Shown here: positions 58,510 through 64,000 of the stretch, one piece after another
Layout: every line of letters begins with the position of its first letter
Position numbering within the stretch: the stretch's first letter is position 1
Origin: an uncultured Oscillospiraceae bacterium
GTDB lineage: Bacteria; Bacillota; Clostridia; UMGS1883
Direction: 5' to 3'
DNA: 64,000 nt
Assembly: GCA_964385605.1 (NCBI GenBank)
Contig: CAYLPQ010000001.1
Span: 77,896-141,895, forward strand
Position numbers and translations under genes: made by a program
Notes under the pieces: model-generated
Told to the model about the DNA's origin: nothing
The model's database searches: none
Seen by the model: the letters and a program-made list of their open reading frames with translations, nothing else

Positions 58510-60669
58510 TTACCCAATTTCTTTTACTATCTCACTGTCTCCATTTAAAATAATGTCGCCGAGAAGCATCAGAAGGACACCGGTTCCGTGATTATCATCT
58601 TTAACTGTTCCCAATCTCAAGTAGTAAGAAACATCCATCGAACAGCTTGAACCCATACAAACATTATAAAAAATGCCTTCTTTATCTACGCATTTTGCGA
58701 GCAATGCTTTTAGTCCACGTTTCACATTTGCTAAATACTTCTTATCAATCCAGCCGTTCTTTACCCCGCGGTACATAGCCAGAGTAAACATAGCTGTACA
58801 GGAAGCTTCCTGATAACTTTCATCTTTATCAAGCACCTGATGCCACATACCTTCATCATCCTGGAAGCTTTCCAATCCTTCGCAAAATTCAGAAAAAGCG
58901 GAGCGCAACACTTCAAACTTATCCCCTTTTTCATCATTTACAGTAAGTAATATTTCGCTTAAAGAAAGAGCTATCCAACCATTGCCGCGACCCCAGGGGA
59001 TACAGTTTTTCAGGCCGGTATCGAGGAAGAATATATGAGAAAAAATCTTTTTTTCTTCCATATAAAGTCTCTTTTTAAATCCGCGAATCTGTGTAATGAT
59101 TTCGTCAAGACACTCGGTTTTACCAAATTCCTTATACAATCTTATCAAAAACGGACATGACATAAAGAAATCATCTGCCCACATTGTTTTGCTTTCTTTT
59201 CTGCAGAAAGTGTCGTCATCAAAACGGGAAATTTTTGTTTTTACATTATCATAAAGCTTGTCAATCAATTCGAGATACTTCTTGTCACCGGTGGTTTTAT
59301 ATGCTTCTATGAAATTTACTCCCATTGTTCCGTTATAATCAAGCAATCCTTCCGATGATGCTCCGCTCATAAAATTGGAAAAATTATACTCGGCAAAATC
59401 GTATCTTGCATAATCATACCAGTCTGCCAGGAAAGACATGTTCTCAATAAAGTACTCCGGGTATGCTCTTTCGCCAAGAGCATTTCCTGCATACTGCATA
59501 CCATACATACAAAGCATTGTCGCATAGTACCAATGACCAAAAAAGCTTGAATCAATACAAGCTCTCAATCTTGCATTCTGAAATCTCCAGAAAACGGTTT
59601 CTCCCTTTTCATTAACAAAAGGTGTAATCCTTTTATCATCAATCTCTACAATTGCATCTGTGTAAAAAGGACCGCAGTACATAAAAAGAAATTCTTCTTT
59701 TCTGTCAGTTTCCAGCATGGGAAGTCCAATGCCTTTACAGTCTTTTATCCGGAAGCCCCAACCGGCAACCTGTTTCCTTGATTTTAACAGAATTTTGTCA
59801 TTTTTCTTAATTTCTATCAGCTTTTCGTCACCTGATGACAGCTTGCAAAGCTCATTGTTGTTCATATAGACATCTGTATCAGAAGTCGCGGAAATCATAA
59901 TATAACCGTCGTTTTCAGCAAAAGTATATGCTACTGCATATTCACCTTCCTGATACATAGCAGAAAAGTCTATCAAGTCTTTTTCCTTTACAACTTTCGG
60001 AAAATTATATACAGGCTTATCTTCAAAATCACATTTGGAATGATACGCATCTTCCAAAGATGCAAAACCGGTATAAAGCGGTGAAACAGCAAGTCCTTCT
60101 TCCTTATTCAACCCTTCCACAGGAAGATTCATACGCACCATAACCAAGTAGAAATTAGCCCAAAGGCTTGCACAGCTCGGTGGCGAAATATTAAGCCAGA
60201 AGCCGTCATTTATATCATTGAAAACATATTTAATTACAAGATTGTTTTTACCGCCTTTTTTCAGGAAAACGGGCAACGAAACATACTTTTTACTTTCTGC
60301 ACAGTTTTTTGCGTCTTCAAAAGAAGAAAACAGACATTTCCCGTCAAGAAATACCGAAACAAGACCTGTAACATTTATCCACACAGTATAATCTTTTTCA
60401 ATAGATATATTGCCTGAAACATAGGCTACGTCACCGGCTTTACTTTCAGGATAGATTTTTTTCATATCAAAATAAATATCGTGCTTACGTTTTTTACCGT
60501 AGGAAATTTCCTCCATATATATGTAAGGATTCCACATCGGACTTTTTACAGGTCTGGTTTCAAGCAGATGCGAAAGCACCGTAGTTGCTATATCCTTACA
60601 GGAAACTGCGGTTTTTAAGATTGTATCCTCCGCATTCATTTTAACATTTACAACATCACTTTTATGCAT
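58510..60669 (-). CDS. GH88/GH105-like unsaturated uronyl hydrolase domain with a ~330-aa N-terminal extension (paralog of 23186..25279)
   Basis: The motif IPWGRGNGWIALSLSEILL is in the C-terminal half. The N-terminal region aligns with the paralog (KAGDVAYVSGNI vs NKGDYAYISTYL). The RBS is GGAGGT. A TATAAT lies 8 nt upstream of the RBS with a poor -35, which suggests activator dependence. Confidence 0.65.
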   Translation of the reverse strand: MHKSDVVNVKMNAEDTILKTAVSCKDIATTVLSHLLETRPVKSPMWNPYIYMEEISYGKKRKHDIYFDMKKIYPESKAGDVAYVSGNISIEKDYTVWINVTGLVSVFLDGKCLFSSFEDAKNCAESKKYVSLPVFLKKGGKNNLVIKYVFNDINDGFWLNISPPSCASLWANFYLVMVRMNLPVEGLNKEEGLAVSPLYTGFASLEDAYHSKCDFEDKPVYNFPKVVKEKDLIDFSAMYQEGEYAVAYTFAENDGYIMISATSDTDVYMNNNELCKLSSGDEKLIEIKKNDKILLKSRKQVAGWGFRIKDCKGIGLPMLETDRKEEFLFMYCGPFYTDAIVEIDDKRITPFVNEKGETVFWRFQNARLRACIDSSFFGHWYYATMLCMYGMQYAGNALGERAYPEYFIENMSFLADWYDYARYDFAEYNFSNFMSGASSEGLLDYNGTMGVNFIEAYKTTGDKKYLELIDKLYDNVKTKISRFDDDTFCRKESKTMWADDFFMSCPFLIRLYKEFGKTECLDEIITQIRGFKKRLYMEEKKIFSHIFFLDTGLKNCIPWGRGNGWIALSLSEILLTVNDEKGDKFEVLRSAFSEFCEGLESFQDDEGMWHQVLDKDESYQEASCTAMFTLAMYRGVKNGWIDKKYLANVKRGLKALLAKCVDKEGIFYNVCMGSSCSMDVSYYLRLGTVKDDNHGTGVLLMLLGDIILNGDSEIVKEIG

Positions 60670-60773
60670 TAGTGCTACCTCCGGTAATTATTATACGAAT
60701 AAAATATCATTATTTTATTTGCTTTGTCTATGCTCATTATTTTAAATAATCGGTCTTTTTCTTTAATTTTGCA

Positions 60774-60809
60774 CAAAAAAATAAGTAACGTCATTTAACG
60801 TTACTTATT
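60774..60809 (-). terminator. perfect 11-bp inverted repeat AATAAGTAACG-N8-CGTTACTTATT followed on the minus strand by a T7 run (terminator and/or operator)
   Basis: It lies 105-140 nt upstream of the GH105-like start and 110 nt downstream of the stop at 60916. It reads as a rho-independent terminator for the upstream operon. The palindrome could also bind a dimeric regulator. Confidence 0.5.
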
Positions 60810-60864
60810 TCTTGCCGTATAGGAAATTGCGTAAAATTGATACGCGTGAAACTATGTCCGCACC

Positions 60865-60908
60865 GGGGATGAGCGCGACGCGGGTGCAGGCACAGCCTGC
60901 TTTTTTTG
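60865..60908 (+). repeat. GC-rich repeat element copy 2 (reverse orientation): GCAGGCACAGCCTGC hairpin + T8 run, with conserved GCGCGAC tail
   Basis: The minus-strand reading AAAAAAAAGCAGGCTGTGCCTGCACCCGCGTCGCGCTCAT aligns with copy 1 at 39570..39610. As oriented here it is an intrinsic terminator for plus-strand transcription. Confidence 0.5.
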
Positions 60909-60915
60909 TGCATTA

Positions 60916-61764
60916 TTAAAGTGTTGCTATTTTATTATTCAGAAATTCAATCGCCTTTGCAATGTCTGCCGCAGGATTCTCTCCTACTTCTCTTTCTACT
61001 GTCAAAAAGCCTTTATAGCCTATTTCCTCAAGAGCCTTAAGATAGTTGTCAAAGTCAACATTACCTTCGCCGAGAGGCATTTCAATATATGCATCTCCCT
61101 GATTTGCTTCCTCGTCAATGATGCGGTAAACAACCTCTGGATTGCAGGGACGAAGATTTTTACCATCCTTTGCGTGGGTATGTACAATATAATCCTTAAG
61201 TGTATGAACACCTTTTACGGGGTCATCGCCTGTTACCATTACAAAGTTTGCAGGGTCAAAGTTTACTGCAACACCTTTTGAACCAAGGGAATCAAGAAAT
61301 CCCTTAAGTGTTGTTGCAATTTCCGGACCTGTCTCAATAGCAAAATGCGCTTTGAGGCTGTCGGCATAACGGGCAAGTTCAAAACAAGCCTCCTGCATAA
61401 TTTTATAACGGTCATGACTTGGGTCAGCAGGAACAACACCTATATGTGTTGTAACGATGTCCGTTTCAAGCTCCGTTGCAAGGTCAAGAATTCTCTTGGA
61501 TTTTTCAATAAGACCGGGATTAAGCTCCTTGTTACCGAATCCCATGCCTAGGTCACCGCAAAGTGCGGAAAAAACAAGACCATGTGATTTTACAATATCA
61601 AGAAGCTCTCGTCGTTTTGCACCAACAAGATTTTCGGGTGCAAATTCTCCGTTTGTAGCATACATCTGAAGGCCTTTTGCTCCAAGCTCCGAAGCCTTTT
61701 TGATAGCTTCTTTATAGTCAAGTTTAAAAGAATCAAGCATTACACCAATAGGAAACTGATACAT
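60916..61764 (-). CDS. sugar phosphate isomerase/epimerase (xylose-isomerase-like TIM barrel)
   Basis: It is 282 aa and cytoplasmic. Conserved acidic and His blocks (HFAIETGPE, TTHIGVVP, VTGDDP) are typical of the AP-endonuclease-2 / sugar-isomerase TIM fold. Confidence 0.55.
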   Translation of the reverse strand: MYQFPIGVMLDSFKLDYKEAIKKASELGAKGLQMYATNGEFAPENLVGAKRRELLDIVKSHGLVFSALCGDLGMGFGNKELNPGLIEKSKRILDLATELETDIVTTHIGVVPADPSHDRYKIMQEACFELARYADSLKAHFAIETGPEIATTLKGFLDSLGSKGVAVNFDPANFVMVTGDDPVKGVHTLKDYIVHTHAKDGKNLRPCNPEVVYRIIDEEANQGDAYIEMPLGEGNVDFDNYLKALEEIGYKGFLTVEREVGENPAADIAKAIEFLNNKIATL

Positions 61765-61776
61765 AGTTTTTCTCCT

Positions 61777-62589
61777 TTATATTTCTACAGTAAGTCCGTC
61801 ATATGAGACGATATAACCGTAATCCTTTACCCTCTCCTCAAGTTCATGATGTATTGGGCGCGCATTATGTGAAAAATGATTTATAACCTTTACGGTATTA
61901 TCTGATATAACACCCATATCAGTAAGCTTTGCCACAAGTCTGTTAATATTGTCAATTCCCATATGAGGATGAATATCCTCAATAGGAATATCAATATTAG
62001 TGCAGTCCATACTTATTAAATCAAGTTTCACGTTGTTCTTTTCAAAATACTCAAACACCTCGCCAAAGAAGAATCCCGTATCGTGAGCATAAAGAATAAC
62101 CTTATCTCCTTCAATCAGATAGAAACGGGCATCATCACCTTCAGCATGATTTGCAGGAAATGAAGTAACACGGTAATTTCCAACAGTTATGGGTTTAAAT
62201 GTTTCTATTTTATTAAGCGCAACATTTTTCGGGATTTTGGTCGAAATTTTATCATAAACACCCTGGCCACAGAAAACATTAAGAGTTGGCACTCGCATTT
62301 CCTTTGCATAAGTACCGCCGCGCCTTTCAAGCTCAATCTTATAAAAATGGTCACTGTGAGAATGGGTTATTAAAAGATTTTCAATCTTGTCACCTTCGAT
62401 ATTATTCATCAGGAAATGATGGTACGTATCTGCAGGAATGTCCAAAAGCAGGTTATCATTTATAATCGCCTGACTTCTTGTGCGGATATTCTTTCCGCCA
62501 ATCTTACGGGCATCAATACAATGCCTGCAATTGCAGAACACCGCCGGAAATCCTTCCGCTGCAGCTGTGCCGAGATATGTTAATTTCAT
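61777..62589 (-). CDS. MBL-fold metallo-hydrolase
   Basis: The LLITHSHSDHF (HxHxDH) motif is present. The protein is 270 aa. Confidence 0.65.
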   Translation of the reverse strand: MKLTYLGTAAAEGFPAVFCNCRHCIDARKIGGKNIRTRSQAIINDNLLLDIPADTYHHFLMNNIEGDKIENLLITHSHSDHFYKIELERRGGTYAKEMRVPTLNVFCGQGVYDKISTKIPKNVALNKIETFKPITVGNYRVTSFPANHAEGDDARFYLIEGDKVILYAHDTGFFFGEVFEYFEKNNVKLDLISMDCTNIDIPIEDIHPHMGIDNINRLVAKLTDMGVISDNTVKVINHFSHNARPIHHELEERVKDYGYIVSYDGLTVEI

Positions 62590-62591
62590 AG

Positions 62592-63614
62592 TTAACCCTC
62601 TCTTTTAAGTTTACTTTTAATAATTCTGTCAGCCTCTGCCGCCCAGCGAAAGCTTTCCCACATATCGTCAAGCGAAGGATTAGCTTCAGTTTCTCCCTCA
62701 ATCATATCAATCAGTGTCTGAAGCTGTGCACCGGTAGGCTTGCGTTTGCAATTTACATTTATCATTTCGTAGCGCTTTTCGGGATATGTATAGTATTCGA
62801 TGAGGTCGCCCTCCTCCTGATGCTCGTGCCGGTTCATCTGTAGTATAATCCGTATTCTTCCTTTTGGTCCTATAAATTCTTTTGTATTCTCTGCAGACAT
62901 GGTATTGCTCCACCCTGCTTCATAATAAGCGACAGAACCGCCCGAAAGTCTCGCAGTTATAAGGCCGTAGTTATAACTTGTCTCGGGAACATCCTCCTCT
63001 GTTCTCAAGCCTATTCCCGATACTTCCTCCACATCTTCGCCGGTAAACCAGCGCATAACATCAATATAATGAACACCACAGTCAAGAATCGGTGATGTAT
63101 CTTTAATCAGATTAAGATATTTACTCCAGTTCATAGTGTGATGATTTTGAGTCATACGCATAACCACGGGTTTACCGATAGCACCGCTCTGGATCATTTC
63201 GGCAACCTTGCAGTAAGTGTCATTGTGCCGCAAAATATATCCTATAAGCACTTTGCACTGCGGATTGTCACGAATAAGCTTAACAGCTTCTTCTCCGCTT
63301 TCAATATTATCCGCAATAGGCTTTTCGCAAACAACGTGCTTGTTATTTCTGATACATTCACGAAGTATTTCAAGATGAGTTGACGGATATGTTGAAATAA
63401 TAACTATATCCACATCATCTCTTGCTACAATTACACGGTAATCTGTATCCGCATAGTCGGCATGATAAATACGCGCAAATCGCTGTGCGCTTTCAATATT
63501 TAAATCGCAAACACACTTGATATTTACATTTTCCATGAGCATTATATCATCAAGGTGTGCCGCACCCATAGAACCGCATCCTATGAGTGCAACGTTATAA
63601 GTTTTCTGTGCCAT
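62592..63614 (-). CDS. Gfo/Idh/MocA-family oxidoreductase
   Basis: YNVALIGCGSMGAAHL Rossmann and VVCEKPIA motifs are present. The track start 63689 lacks an RBS. The internal ATG (MAQKTYNV) at ~63612-63614 is preceded by GAAGAAGGG, so the start is uncertain between these. Confidence 0.75.
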   Translation of the reverse strand: MAQKTYNVALIGCGSMGAAHLDDIMLMENVNIKCVCDLNIESAQRFARIYHADYADTDYRVIVARDDVDIVIISTYPSTHLEILRECIRNNKHVVCEKPIADNIESGEEAVKLIRDNPQCKVLIGYILRHNDTYCKVAEMIQSGAIGKPVVMRMTQNHHTMNWSKYLNLIKDTSPILDCGVHYIDVMRWFTGEDVEEVSGIGLRTEEDVPETSYNYGLITARLSGGSVAYYEAGWSNTMSAENTKEFIGPKGRIRIILQMNRHEHQEEGDLIEYYTYPEKRYEMINVNCKRKPTGAQLQTLIDMIEGETEANPSLDDMWESFRWAAEADRIIKSKLKREG

Positions 63615-63688
63615 TTTTTGCCCTTCTTCTTTTTGCATTTGTGCTACATTATACTTTATACAAGAAACAAAGTCAAGAGAAAAAAGCA

Positions 63689-64000
63689 TTAAAGCTCAAT
63701 CCATTCGTAAGGCTTCTGAAGTGCTCTGTAGCCTGCTTCACGTATAGCAATTGCGTCAACTGTCTGGCTGTGTTCAACCGGGATTTTTCCTGTTTTAAAG
63801 AATTCAACAAGTGCCTCCATAAAAAGATTGAAATGCTCTGAAAATATAGTATAATCTGTAGGATTGTTTTCCTTATCAACAGTTCTTATTTTAAACTTAA
63901 CATCATTTGAATGATGCATCTGTGCAACTCTGCCGTCTTCAAATTCGATTAAAAGAGAGGGATGTTCAAGATCGCCAAGACCCATAACTCTTGTTGCACG
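63689..64000 (-). CDS. 3' portion of a gene running off the window end; C-terminal fragment resembling a Gfo/Idh/MocA-type oxidoreductase
   Basis: The frame is open to the window edge. The C-terminal FKTGKIPVEHSQTVDAIAIREAGYRALQKP resembles the C-terminal helix of Gfo/Idh/MocA proteins. Its stop overlaps the next start. Confidence 0.35.
   Translation of the reverse strand, partial: RATRVMGLGDLEHPSLLIEFEDGRVAQMHHSNDVKFKIRTVDKENNPTDYTIFSEHFNLFMEALVEFFKTGKIPVEHSQTVDAIAIREAGYRALQKPYEWIEL

Noticed and set aside
1-64000. Searched for defense-system hallmarks (Cas, restriction-modification methyltransferase/endonuclease motifs, toxin-antitoxin pairs, abortive-infection ATPases/nucleases), prophage or transposon genes, and rRNA/tRNA
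   Set aside because: None were found. Every substantial ORF is explained as a transporter, regulator, CAZyme-like enzyme, small metabolic enzyme or surface protein. No DPPY/NPPY methylase, PD-(D/E)xK, HNH, Walker-A ATPase or integrase-like motif was seen in the translations.

Overview
This 64-kb window comes from a low-GC Gram-positive genome, apparently a clostridial or Ruminococcaceae-like organism. It is AT-rich and carries SLH cell-wall-anchoring domains and a dockerin-like module. Coding density is high, and every CDS except one AraC regulator lies on the minus strand. I see no rRNA, tRNA, CRISPR array, transposase, integrase or phage gene. The whole window is a large accessory carbohydrate-utilisation region. 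It contains an LplABC-type sugar ABC transporter (lipoprotein substrate-binding protein plus two permeases) with a clear sigma-A promoter, a GH4 LplD-like enzyme and a GH43 enzyme. There are two paralogous secreted heparinase II/III-like proteins of about 1,060 and at least 1,055 aa, and two paralogous GH88/GH105-like WGRGNGW proteins that carry an extra N-terminal region of about 330 aa. Two paralogous cytoplasmic proteins of about 700 aa have no family I can recognise, and a separate 956-aa cytoplasmic protein of unknown function is also present. Two membrane-anchored AraC one-component regulators and one soluble AraC regulator are present. Small enzymes of the amino-sugar, uronate and sugar-acid type include a PIG-L/LmbE deacetylase, three Gfo/Idh/MocA oxidoreductases, two M20 amidohydrolases, a PHP phosphoesterase, a GDPD, an alpha/beta hydrolase, two MBL-fold hydrolases, an amidohydrolase-2-like TIM barrel and a sugar-phosphate isomerase. 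Two cassettes encode cell-surface proteins. Each cassette pairs a C-terminal-SLH protein that has a Gly/Ser linker with an N-terminal-SLH protein, next to large secreted beta-propeller, LamG-like and FN3 proteins. One of these is a 1,231-aa protein with an F5/8-type-C domain, FG-GAP repeats and an internal dockerin-like Ca-binding pair. The most interesting non-coding signals are a 125-nt GC-rich multi-hairpin element in the leader region of the deacetylase operon, a roughly 40-nt GC-rich repeat present in opposite orientations at two terminator sites, and a 23-nt motif conserved in three upstream regions. CDS boundaries follow the supplied ORF track. Several starts were moved to internal ATGs that have Shine-Dalgarno sequences and signal peptides. 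Positions of intergenic elements may be off by one or two bases.
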